Below, one piece after another: positions 24,226 through 37,029 of a DNA stretch of 64,000 bases. This DNA comes from Eledone cirrhosa (lineage: Eukaryota), in assembly GCA_964016885.1 (NCBI GenBank), contig OZ024743.1, positions 182,652,001 to 182,716,000 of the forward strand, written 5' to 3'. Below the pieces are notes generated by a model. That model was not told the origin of the DNA. It did not search any database and saw only the letters and a list, made by a program, of their open reading frames with translations. The position numbers were made by a program, and so were the translations under genes. Every line of letters begins with the position of its first letter. Within the stretch, counting starts at the first letter, position 1.

Positions 24226-25557
24226 CTTTTAGGAAAAGACAGAAACAATAAGAAAAAAATAATTAAAACAAAAATATTTAGCAACAAAAAAAAGACAAAA
24301 TATTCAATTAATTTATGGGCATTAAGGAGTTTACTTAAAATGATTCTAAGTTCACACCGACTACATGGCACCTCGGGCAAATGTTTCCATTATAACTTCA
24401 GATTGACCAATGTTTTATGAGTAGAATTTAGAAAACAAACTACAGAAACTTATCATATATCATCATCACTTAACACCTACTTTCCCTGCTAGCAAAGGTT
24501 TGATGGGTCTACATAGACCAAATCAGTACTGAAGTGGGGCTACTGACCTCCCAGACAGACTGGCGGGTCTACATCTTGTCTACGGACAGTTTTATGTTCT
24601 ACTGAGTGCACAGGAGAAGTTGTCATGTCTTTAACACAACTGAAAGATCCTACCAATCATTTGTTTGGTTAGCTTTCTGTGACTCGATGCATTTCCTATC
24701 ACCAACCACTTTACAGTGTGTACTGATATATATATATCATCATCATCATCACCATTTAACTTTTCCATGCTGACATGGGTTAGACAAGTTATTCTGTTGT
24801 GAGCAATGCCATGTCAGGTGACCATGTGTTGCACATACAGAACTGATTTTGGCTTGGTTTCTACAACTGAATGCCCTTCCTAACGCCAACCTCATTTACA
24901 AACTACATAACACTAGGTACATTAGGGTATTTAGTATTGCTCAAAGGATGGAGGAACTCAGAAGAGTCAATGGTCATCCAATAAGGTGTACATATGTATA
25001 TGTTTTTTAATGTTTTTTATATGTATATAGTGGAGGTCCCATAAACAATGATACCCAGTTACTCAGCAACTGTGTTGGCAATAGGAAGGGAACCCAGCTG
25101 TAAAACCTTGCTTCAATTTCTTGTGACAACAGGACAGGAAACGATTTCATTGAAGGTATTGTTAATGGTAGCATCAGGACTTGTGAAGCAACTAGATCAT
25201 CCTATGAAATGATATTACACATAAAAGTATATCACACATTGTGGTGACTAATACATATGTCTAGGTACATTAAAAGACTTATTTGTGTATGTTATATCAC
25301 AAATACAGAACAATAACATCATTGGTTGCAGGTTTTTATGGACTAACCACTGGTTCACTATATTTGTGGCAATGAAAGTGACAAGAAAGTATCTGTAATT
25401 TACTGCAGAACAAATATTGCTAAGGATTTTGTTTGAAGGACACTTTTTTTTTGTTTGTTTGTTGTCACTGCTCAGCAGAAGTTGTAGTAGTGGCAGTGGT
25501 GTAGTAGTTTTTCAACACTTATCCAGATATATGGTAGCAGTTATAAAAGTCACTTAC

Positions 25558-25708
25558 CTTTCTCTAGACATTGACGGACGCATTCAGCCTCATAAGCCAT
25601 CCCAGAACCATTGGGGTAATTATACTTAGCATCAGTCTTGGGGAGTGCAAAGTTCCTTTCTTCTCCATTCACTACAATTTTGTTGGCACTCCAAAACGGT
25701 GAATGTAT
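25558..25708 (-). CDS. DHDH: DHDH-like exon 6
   Basis: AG/gtaagt boundaries; IHSPFWSANKIVVNGEERNFALPKTDAKYNYPNGSGMAYEAECVRQCLEK. Confidence 0.92.
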
Positions 25709-25767
25709 CTGTTAAAACAGGAACAAATATCTACATTAAAGCATGTTAGATTAATTTTCTTGACTAC

Positions 25768-25841
25768 TATTGGGTCGTCAAGTATGAAATTTGTAGACAA
25801 AAAAATAAATTTCTACAAATTACATACTTGACGACCCAGTA
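25768..25841. mobile_element. Minimal TA-flanked foldback (mariner-like TIR pair)
   Basis: TGGGTCGTCAAGTATGAAATTTGTAGA ... TCTACAAATTACATACTTGACGACCCA, one mismatch. Confidence 0.7.
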
Positions 25842-26036
25842 TATTATAGATGTTGGATTACGTCCAATAAATTAAGGAGTAAATTAACTTAAAGGTTAAA
25901 TTTAACACAATAAATTTGTTTAATAAGTTTCAGATTTAACCAAACAGTTATGACATCTGTTAAATTTAATTCTTGAATAACTAACAATCAATTTATTTGA
26001 AAAAATGATTCATCCCTAAATAAAAATATTTCTTAC

Positions 26037-26161
26037 ATAAATGCTGCCTTCAGTTCCATAGATATATGCATCAGTTCTTCCTGCCAAAGCAGTATTATAG
26101 GACAAACAGGCTCTTGAACCATCTTTGTAAGTCAGAATGATATTGGCAGACTGGTCGACAC
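26037..26161 (-). CDS. DHDH: DHDH-like exon 5
   Basis: AG/gtaaga boundaries; (G)VDQSANIILTYKDGSRACLSYNTALAGRTDAYIYGTEGSIY. Confidence 0.92.
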
Positions 26162-26702
26162 CTTTTCCAAATAAAAATTATTTTTTGTTATTACAAAAAC
26201 ACAATCAGAATAGGAAAGCCTCCATAGTAAAAAATTGTTATGATAAACATCAATATCATCATCATCTATATTTCATCTCATGCTTACACAGCTAAGCAAT
26301 ACAAGAATATTTTGTCATTACATGTGTATGGCTGAATAAACTCAACTGTAATCTAAAAAATCAGAGAATGTGTACAGTGATGAGCTAATAACAGAATCAA
26401 TGGACTATTCTTCAAGGAAGAAATAACAGAATCAATTCAAAATCTTAGTTTTGACTTCAACTCCTACAACACCAAACTACATTTCTTCGGTATATATTTC
26501 CTCCAATTTGATTTATGCTAACATAGACTATCACTAATAAAAACACTCTCCTCTTCAGTAGAATGTTATGTGTGTAAAACAGTCGTATAATCAGATTATA
26601 CTCATACATATGATAACATACACAACAAATTACATCATATGCTGAGTGATATGTATAATTAAACATTTAGTTTTGATCAAAACATCCTGGATGTTTATAA
26701 GG

Positions 26703-27023
26703 CAGAGATTCCCAATGTGTAGAGCACACTCCTACAGGGAGGTCAATTTGAATATTTAAGGGGGACAATTTGAAAATGATGTTAATGAGAACAAACTTCA
26801 GGTTTTATCATATTACTTTTACACCAAGGCAACTTTGGAACAAATTACTGTCAGAAACTCCTGTCTCCTCTACACATGTTATTGTGCATCTGGCACCACC
26901 TATATGCCAATTTGTTTACACTTTGCAGTTGATTATTGTTGTTTTCAAATCAAGGGAAGGCTGGTATAACAATTTTTGAGATGTTGAGGTGGGGCATGGT
27001 GCACAAAAAGTTGGGAAACATTG
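26703..27023. mobile_element. Probable hAT (Charlie-like) MITE
   Basis: Ends CAGAGATTCCCAA / TTGGGAAACATTG; flanking 8-mers ttataagg and ttaaaaag match at 6 of 8. Confidence 0.5.
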
Positions 27024-27559
27024 TTAAAAAGTGTCTACATTTAAGTCAGAGAGTACATAAATATAACTATTTACAGAATTTCAATGTGACTACATGCAAT
27101 TGTTTTCATTTTTTATTTTCTTTCTTTCCTTTCTTCATGTCATTATGCTATTGTAAATGTATTTTGAAATTAATATAGTTCAATTTCTGTTTGGTTAATT
27201 ACGCTCTTCATGCGTCAACTATTGTTCATGGTAATTAAATCTTATGAATTATTGAAGTGCTGGGTGATTTGAAGTTTGAAAATGTGGGGAACCCAAATGC
27301 AGAAATTAATCATAACAGTGATTCGCTATAAATAATAGCGTAGAAAATTAGGTAAAGTACCCTTAGAGACAAAAAAAAAATGACTACTATTCACTACTAG
27401 CCACTTTTCTTTTTTACTCAATTTTCCAAGCTATTATTTATAACAATCAACTGTTGTTGCAGTTATTTTTGGCATTTGGTATTTCCATATTTTGATATTT
27501 ATAATAATACTTTTAGAATAAAGTCTCACATTGCTCTTTTTCTTTTTTAATTGATTCTA

Positions 27560-27960
27560 AAAGTTAGGACCAAGTCCAAGTCCAACCTGTCCCAGTGGGA
27601 GAACGTAATTAAGTGGTTTAACTCCTTCAAATCCCCAAAAGCGAAGTTCACGCAATTCAACATTGTAAATTTTTATCTGCCGATCTCAGAGACGCTGTTA
27701 AACAAAGCTTTGGACTTTGCTACGACTTACACTACCATCCATGTTTTAGACAGGAAAATCATCGCTCACTGCCGGAAAACCCTCCTCTTCAACAACGGAG
27801 TAGCCTGGGCAAAGAAGTCAACCACTTCAGAACTATTCGACATCTCCATGAGATCGTTTGACAGTGCTAACGTATGTGACTTGGTTGGCCTTTTTATCTT
27901 AGACATATTACGTGTTAGATTCCCGGACTTCCACACGGGAATATACCGCAACGATGGCCT
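27560..27960 (+). mobile_element. Penelope-like element RT fragment (Naiad-type)
   Basis: FNIVNFYLPISETLLNKALDFA, RKTLLFNNGVAWAKK, FDISMRSFDSANVCDLVGLFIL, GIYRNDGL (decayed YRDDG). Confidence 0.85.
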
Positions 27961-28181
27961 GGATAACCAAAGATGCGGGTTCGACTCCCATGTACGTCAA
28001 TATTCATCTTTTTCCATTTCTCTGAGGGTTCCAAACCCCACTATCAGGATAAAATTTCTTTAGTCAAAAAATACGGTGAAAGCTTCTATTTTCTAATATT
28101 AAAATTGTTCGCTGTTTCAAAACATACTTGTCATCATACTTGCTAACAATGTAGCTTCTAATTTGAATGGAAGGAGATGGA

Positions 28182-28253
28182 TGATGTGTTGGTGTAATGG
28201 TAGCACAGAGGTCTGGATAACCAAAGATGAGGGTTTGACTCCCATATACGTCA
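28182..28253 (+). pseudogene. tRNA-like cloverleaf (pseudo-tRNA or SINE head), partly duplicated from 27959
   Basis: Acceptor GATGTGT/ATACGTC, D-arm GTGT-AATGGTA-GCAC, weak anticodon arm with loop CTGGATA, T-loop TTCGACT in the upstream copy. Confidence 0.6.
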
Positions 28254-28392
28254 GTACTCATCTTTTTCCATTTCTCTGAGGGTTCTAAACCCCACTATCA
28301 GGCTAAAATTTCTTTAGTAAAAAAAATACAGTGAAAGCTATATATATATATACAGATATATATATCTATACATATATATATATCTATACATA

Positions 28393-28427
<35 letters not shown>

Positions 28428-28933
28428 CTATACATATATATATATATCTATACATATATATATATATTTATACATATATATATCTATACATATATATATC
28501 TATACAAATATATATATATCTAAACATATATATGTATATCTAAACATTCTTCTCTGCTAAAATGTATCACTAGAGTTGTTCCAGCCATCCATCCATCCTT
28601 ACTAATCTCCGAAGGTATTTTAGCCTACATATTGTTGTTAATATTAATGATGTTCCCTGCTGTATTAGCGATAAATTTTCGAGGGTTTTTCTTAGTAGTT
28701 TTCATGACATTATTATTGTTAATTTTACTGATGTAGTATTAACTTGGATATTTACCATGCGGTATTCTAATTCTATTGTATCTCTCTCAGTTATTTACCA
28801 TGCGACCCTCAGTTCCTACCTCACAAGTTCCCTCCCCCTACCCCCACACACACCATAGTCTATTCGACCTAGCATGCCATTTCCACTGCTGCTGCTACTA
28901 CCTGCCTAACTAACTCTCTCCTCCTCTGCGTTT

Positions 28934-29009
28934 ACAGATTGACTTTGTTAGTTTCAGAAGATCCCGTTAAGGGTGAAAGCAGCGATTCTTTGCTTAAACT
29001 TTAATCTGT
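28934..29009 (+). ncRNA. Type I hammerhead-like ribozyme with variant core (copy B)
   Basis: Identical to 3824..3899 in all helices and core; differs only in the stem I internal loop; followed by AATAAA. Confidence 0.65.
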
Positions 29010-29109
29010 TATATTAATAAATATTTGCTCTTCGGTTCTTATATATTTGATATATATTTTCCTTATCGAGCCCTCTTTGGATTTTAGTCTTCAATTTTAT
29101 TATTATTAC

Positions 29110-29800
<691 letters not shown>

Positions 29801-32302
29801 TAGTCAGATAGATTTTATCCTCATTATAGGACGTGACAGATGGACGGTCGTAAACACAAAAGCCTTCCCTAGTGAGGAATGTACATCCCAACATAGCTTA
29901 GTTGTCAGTGACCTCACGGTCAGAACTAGATGAACCTGGAAACAGAGGCCAACCTGGAGAAGAAAGATCTGGAAGCTGAAAGACCCCTCAACCAGTAACA
30001 GATTTAAAGATATTTTACTCAACGCCTACGACAGTAAAGAAGAACAGATACAGACATTTAATGTAGAAGAGAACTGGAGTTCCTAAAATATAATTTACTA
30101 GAGGCGACAGATGAGGTCTGTGGCTGGAGTAAGACCTCAAGCAGGAGGAGAGTGACTTGGTGGTGGAACAATAAGGTAGATGAAGCAGTTAAGGCCAAGA
30201 GACAGGCATGGAAAGAATGGAAGAACGGGGTGAGCAGGGTACATTACATAGAGACCAAGAGGGAAGCTAGGCGACAAGTATACTTAGCTAGGAGGGAAGC
30301 AGAGGACAGAAAATTCAAGCATGTTTTGCAACGTGAGGACCAGAAACAGGAGGTATTCAAGATTGCGAGGCAGTGTGTCAGAGATAGTTGTGATGTCATT
30401 GGAGAGAAGTGTATCCGGAATGATAAAGGTGAGCTTGCCCTCACAAGTGCTGAGAAGAAAGATGCATGGAAGAGTCATTATGATAGATTACTAAATGAGG
30501 AGAATGCATGGGAAGAAGAGACCCTACCCCAAGTAGACCCTATAGAGGGGCCAGCAGTACAAGTCAGCAGCAGCGTAGTAAGTAAGGCAATCAAAGATAT
30601 GAAGATGGGGAAGGCAACCGGTCCATCGGGTATAGCTGCCGAGATGCTGAAGGCATCTGGGTCTGTAGGTCACACTATAACCACACGTATTGTTAACCAG
30701 GTAATACTAGAAGGTGTCATACCAAAAGATTGGTGCAGTAGCATCATTGTCAACTGCTACAAAGGTAAAGGCGATGCACTAGATAGAGGAAACTATAGAG
30801 GTATAAAGTTGATGGACCAGGTCATGAAAGTAACAGAAAGAGTTATAGCACAGTTGATTAGGGACCGGGTGAAAATAGACGAGATGCAATTTGGGTTTGT
30901 ACCAGGAAGAGGCACCACTGATGCCCTCTTCCTTGTGAGGCAATTACAGGAAAAGTACCTAGCTAAAATTAAGCCACTCTATTTGGCATTTGTCGCACTT
31001 GAGAAAGCCTTTGACAGAGTTCCACGTGCGGTAATCTGGTGGGCTCTTAGAAAACTAGGAGTAGATGAATGGCTTGTGAAAGCGGTACAAGCCATGTATA
31101 GAGGAGCAGTCAGCAAAGTTAGGATTAGTAATGAGTATAGCGAGGAATTTAGCGTACAGGTTGGGGTCCACCAGGGCTCTGTTCTTAGCCCCCTCCTGTT
31201 CATCATAGTCCTACAGGCAATAACGGAGGAGTTTAAGACCGGATGCCCATGGGAACTCCTGTATGCTGATGACCTCGCACTCATAGCTGAATCTATGGTA
31301 GAACTAGAGAATAAATTCCAAACTTGGAAGCATGGACTAGAAAGAAAGGGTCTCAAAGTCAACATGACAAAGACTAAGTACCACCAATCTCTGGGAGGGC
31401 TCTGTAGAAACAGTAGACAGCTTCTGCTACCTAGGTGACCGAATTAGCAGCGGAGGTGGGTGTTCAGAAAGTACAATAACTAGGGTAAGAACGGGATGGA
31501 AGAAGTTTAGGGAACTACTACCACTGCTAGCTGCAAAAGGCTTCTCCCTCAGAATGAAAGGCAGACTGTATGATGCGTGTATCCGAACAGCAATGTTGCA
31601 TGGTAGTGAGACCTGGGCGCTGAAGGTGGAAGACTTACATAGATTAGAGAGAAATGAAGCCTGCATGCTCCGATGGATGTGTAACAGTAATATACGTGAA
31701 CGACAAAGCATAAATGAATTGAGAGAGAGACTGAGCATAAGAGGAATCAAATGCTGTGTGCAGGAAAGGCGGTTGCGCTGGTATGGACATGTGATGCGTA
31801 TGAAGGATAACAGCTGCATAAAAAGGTGCAGAGCACTAGAAGTTGATGGAAACCGCGGAGTGGGGAGACCCAAGATGACCTGGGATGAGGTGATAAAAGC
31901 CGACCTTACCCAATTACACCTCTCAAAGGCAATGACACACGACCGTGACTTCTGGCGTCACGCAGTAATACAGAGTACCCGACCTCCCATGGGACAAGCT
32001 GAAGCATATAGACAATATGCCCCCACACCCCCCACCGCAAGGTGGTCGTGGAGGTGCCACGGCAAAAAAGCACCCAGCCCACACTGTAAAGTGGACGTGT
32101 AGGCGCCACGAAAAAGCACCCAGCACTCACTGTAAATGAGGTTGGTGTTAGGAAGGGCATCCAGCTGTAGAAATCAAGCCAGATCAGTTCCTGTATGAGC
32201 AAGGCATGGTCAGCCGACCAGACACTGTCCACAACAGGACAACTCGTCTAACCCATGCTAGCGTGGAAGAACGGACGTAAAACGGTGATGATGATAATGA
32301 TG

Positions 32303-32303
<1 letters not shown>
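29801..32303 (+). mobile_element. Young RTE LINE of the same subfamily as 4395..6192, with the PHD segment deleted
   Basis: Starts at APE end SQIDFIL; TWWWN, RT motifs to YADD, frameshifting deletion at 31378, C-terminus, hairpin tail, (GAT)n. Confidence 0.95.
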
Positions 32304-32371
<68 letters not shown>

Positions 32372-32385
32372 TATATACATATATA

Positions 32386-33046
32386 TAAAAGGCCTTAAAA
32401 TTAACCTAGCTAAGACTAAAGTTTTAGTTTGTAGGAAAGAAAATAAGGCGCTGGTCCCTTCCGGGAAATGGCCATTCTCAGTGTGTAACAAAGTGCAGGG
32501 CAATAAAGATAGATGGTAGCCACGGAGTAGGCAGACCCAGAAAAACCTGGGACGAGCTGATAAATTCCGACCTCACACACTTACACCTCTCCAAGACAAT
32601 GTCACTGGACCGAGACCTTTGGCGGTACTCAGTAATAGAGATGACACGCCTTACCTAAATACAAAGTAAAACCTACTACAGTCAGTAGGCATCTCTAACA
32701 AAATACACCCCCGTCCCACCACCCCCACCCCATCCACACCGCCCCTTTCAATGTAAAGTTATGTTGGTGCCACAACATCCAGGCCGAAACAAATGAGATC
32801 GTGTAGGTGTCACGACAAAAAACACACAGTCCACGCTGTAATGTGGCCGTGTAGGCAACACGGTAAAAACCTCCCAGTCCCACACTGTAAATGTGGTTGG
32901 TGTTAGGAAGGGCATCCAGCTGTAGAAAACCCGCCAGACAGTCCTATGCGAGCAAGACAACCACTCTTGCCTCAAGTGGGAAAACTCCCGTCCAAACCCA
33001 TGCAAGCGTGGAACATGGACGTTAAACGATGATGATGATGATGATG

Positions 33047-33048
<2 letters not shown>
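32386..33048 (+). mobile_element. Internally deleted RTE LINE 3' fragment (second subfamily)
   Basis: KGLKINLAKTKVL..SGKWP jumps directly to KCRAIKIDG..GRPRKTW; hairpin tail and (GAT)n. Confidence 0.9.
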
Positions 33049-33111
<63 letters not shown>

Positions 33112-33138
33112 ACATATACATATATATACATATATATA

Positions 33139-33460
33139 TTACGAATGTAAAGTTATAACTGACACCAATTCCTTCACCTATTTTGGCTCCACTTCCACCT
33201 CTTTTAAAGCTCGTCTTTATAACCATCATTCGTCTTTTAAATATAAACTTAAAAGAACCAACACGGCTCTCTCAGAACTCATACGGTCCTTGAAAGACAA
33301 AAATATTAAATATAGCATCTTTTTGAAGAAGTTCTCTATCCAAAATCTGCAATCTCTGTCTAAATGAAAAATTTACCATTATCTCTAATCTAGATTCTAT
33401 AATAAATAGACGCATTGACTTGTTTTCTATCTGCTTGCATAAATTCCATAAAACATTTCA
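33139..33460 (+). mobile_element. Penelope-like GIY-YIG endonuclease fragment (Naiad-type)
   Basis: YECKV..TYFGSTSTSFKARLYNHHSSF..TALS..LKDKNIKYSI, then after a frameshift KICNLCLNEKFTII..INRRIDLFSICLHK. Confidence 0.85.
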
Positions 33461-34224
33461 CAAAGTATACAGCTAATATTCAATTTTTTATCAATTTAGA
33501 AGCTTTTTCTCAAAGGCACATATATATATATACACTTCTTTTAAAAATATACCCATCTTTCTACCTTATTTCAAAGGTTATTATACATTCTATAATACTT
33601 GTCTACTCTTTCTACATCACCCCTATTTATCACTTCCCTTCTCTTCTTCTTCTAATGTCTAACCCCTAATCTGTACCTTTTCTCACTCCTGCCTAACATA
33701 GAATCAATTATTACATAATACAACACATTCTTACTTTATATCACCTTGTAAAAATCCTTCGTAAACATATACATTTTTTTTTACGTTAGATTATTCATCC
33801 TCAATTCATTATTCTTTTCTCCCTTTCATCTAACTCATTTTTTCTTCGCACATATTATCAAACCCCTCAATATACAAACCTTAACTTTACATTATTTTTC
33901 TCTTCGTTAATTTTCAAATTCTTTTAATTTATACATTATCTTCCAACGGTTTTCAACCTCTCTATGTAAAACAATATATCTTTCTCAGTTATAAAAGCTA
34001 TCTCTCTCTCTCTATCACCCATCTCTCCTCCTATCTCATCCTTCCTCATTATACTCCTCCCTCTCCACCTTCACTCTCATCTCCTCCTTTTTTTTCATCC
34101 TTTCCAAACCCCCCCCCCCCCTCTAAATAAAATATTTTTCCCAATATCACACATCAATCTAAAACTACTTCTCATATGTTGATTTAAAACTGAACTATCC
34201 ACAAGTGTTTTTTAACCTTCATAT

Positions 34225-34309
34225 CATGTCCTCCTGTTTTATCTGATGAAAACACAAATATTATTGCATGATGATATTTGTTTTTGAAATGCGCATAATA
34301 AAATACATG
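34225..34309 (+). ncRNA. Type I hammerhead ribozyme with canonical core at the Penelope 3' end
   Basis: CATGT-bulge-GTTTTAT CTGATGA [stem II ACAAATATTAT/ATGATATTTGT] GAAA TGCGCA TA ATAAAAT ACATG; palindromic stem III, AUA cleavage triplet. Confidence 0.85.
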
Positions 34310-34444
34310 GAACTCTTTTAACCATCTTTTGTTCTTATATACATATACATATATATATACATATATATACATATACATATATACATATATATATATACAT
34401 ATATACATATATATATACATATATATATCCATATATATATATAT

Positions 34445-37005
34445 CATCATCATCATCATCGTTTAACGTCCATCTTCCACGCTTGCATGGGTTTGGACGG
34501 GAGTTTTCCCACTTGAGGCAAGATTGGTTGTCCTGCTCGTATAGGACTGTCTGGCGGGTTTTCTACGGCTGGATGCCCTTCCTAACACCAACCACATTTA
34601 CAGTGTGGATTGGGAGGTTTTTACCGTGTTACCTACACGGCCACGTTACAGCGTGGACTGTGTTTTTTGTCGTGACACCTACACGTCTGGCAAGTTTTCT
34701 ATGGCTGGGTGCCCTTCCCAACACCAACCACGTTTACAGTGTGTACTGGGAGGTTTTTACCGTGTTACCTACATGGCCACATTACAGCGTGGGCTGTGTG
34801 TTTTTTTTTGTCGTGACACCTACACGACCTCATTTGTTTCGGACTGGATGTTGTGGTACCAACATAACTTCACATTTAAGGGGGGGTTATTTTGTTAGAG
34901 GTGCCTACTGACTGTAGGTTTCGCTTTGTACTTAGGCAAGGCAGGTCTTCTGTATTACTGTGTAGCGCCAAAGATCTCGGTCCAATGACATTGTCTTGGA
35001 AAGGTGTAAGTGTGTGAGGTCGGAATTTATCAAGTCGTCCCAGGTTTTTCTGGGTCTGCCTACTCCGTGGCTACCGTCTATTTTTATCGCCCTGCACTTT
35101 TTTATGCAGCTGTCGTCTTTCATGCGCATCATGTGACCGTACCAACGTAGTCTTCTCTCGAGTAAACAACATCTGATCCCTCTTATTTCTAATTTTTTCC
35201 TTAGTTCGTTTATGCTTTGCCGTTCACGTATATTACTATTACACATCCAGCAGAGCATGCAAGCTTCGTTTCTTTCCAGTCTGCGTATATCCTCTGCACA
35301 CAATGCCCAGGTCTCACTGCCATGTAACATTGCTGTTCGTATGCAGGCATCATACAGCCTGCTTTCATTTTTAGAGAGAACCCTTTAGCGGTCAATAGTG
35401 GTATAAGCTCTCTGAACTTTTTCCATCCCGTTCTGACTCTGGCTACTGTACTTTCAGAGCACCCTCCCCCACTGCTGATTTTGTCACCCAGGTAACGGAA
35501 GGTGTCCACTATTTCTATAGAACCATCTGGGCAATGGAAGGAGCTAGTATCCTGTGGGCACTTGCTACTTATTGCACCTGAGCACCGCCCACATATAAAA
35601 TCTACATTCTTAGCTTACCTGTGATCCCACTACATCTTTTATGCACCCATAATTTGCATTTGGGACATAAAATGGAGTTTCTGCCTACTCCTTTCCTACA
35701 CACTGAGCATGGCCATTTCCCAGAGGGGACCAGTGCCCTATTTTCCTTCCTACATACTAGAACTTTAGTCTTAGACAAGTTCACTTTATGGCCTTTTGAT
35801 TCTAGGCCATGCTTCCATGTTTGGAATTTCTTCTCTAGTTCAGCCATCGATTCTGCTATGAGCGTTAGATCATCTGCATATAGAAGTTCCCATGGGCAGC
35901 CGGTCTTGAACTCCTCTGTTATAGCCTGAAGAGCAATAATAAATAGGAGGGGGCTAAGGACAGACCCCTGATGAACACCAACTTTTACACTAAATTCTTC
36001 ACTATATTCGTTGTTAATTCTAACATTGCTGACTGTTTCTTTATACATAGCTTGTATAGCTCTCAAAAGCCATTCATCTACATCTAGTTTTCTAAGAGCC
36101 CACCAGATAATGGAGCAGGGGACTCTGTCAAAGGCTTTCTGCAAGTCAACAAAAGTATAGGGGTTTACTTTTAGCTAGGTACTTCTCCTGTAGTTATCGT
36201 ACAAGGAAAAGAGCGTCTGTGGTACTTTTACCTGACACAAACCCAAACTGCATTTCATCTAGATCAATTCGCTCTCTGATTAGTTGCGCTATAACTTTTT
36301 CTGTGACCTTCATGACCTGGTCAATTAATTTAATGCCTCTATAGTTTCCCCTATCTAGGGCATCTCCTTTACCCTTGTAGCAGTTAATGATGATGCTGCT
36401 ATGCCAGTCCTTCGGAACGACCCCATTCTGTATGACTTGGTTTACTATCTGGGTGACCATACTGTGCCCCACCAATCCAGATGCTTTCAACATTTCAGCA
36501 ACTATCTCCGAAGGCCCAGCTGCTTTGCCTGTCTTCATATCTTTGATTGCCTTACTTGTTATACTACCTTCAACTTGCACCGCTGGTCCTTCTATTGGAT
36601 CGATTTGGGGCAGACTATCTTTTTCCCATTTATTCTCCTCATTGAGTAGCCTCTCGTAGTGACACTTCCAAGCTACCTTCTTATCAGCATCAGTGATGGC
36701 AAGTATACCATCATCATTATGGACACACTTCTACCCGACAATATCACGATTTTCCTTGACACATTGTCTAGCAATCCTGAACACCTCACATTTTTGGTCC
36801 TCGCGTTGTAGAACATGCTTGAACTTTCTTTCCTCTGCTTCCTTTCTTGCAAAGTACACTTGTCTCCTATATTTCCCCCATCCCGCCATACTTTCCAAGC
36901 TTGCTTTTTGGCCTTGATTGACTCCTCCACCTTACTGTTCCACCACCATGTTACTCTCCTCCTGCCTATAGGTCTGCTCCAGCCACAGATTTCATCTGTC
37001 GCCTA
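34445..37005 (-). mobile_element. RTE LINE (second subfamily) with PHD finger, frameshifted
   Basis: TWWWN through YRGIKL, KAFD, YADD, GKWPCSVC..WVHKRC..CGRC, YLGD, RLRWYGH, hairpin tail. Confidence 0.93.
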
Positions 37006-37029
37006 CAGCATCGTACCCTGCTCATACCT

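Noticed and set aside
28182-28253. Functional tRNA-Ser(GGA) gene
   Set aside because: Anticodon stem has only 3 pairs, T-arm is mutated, there is no long variable arm, and it is part of a duplicated repeat
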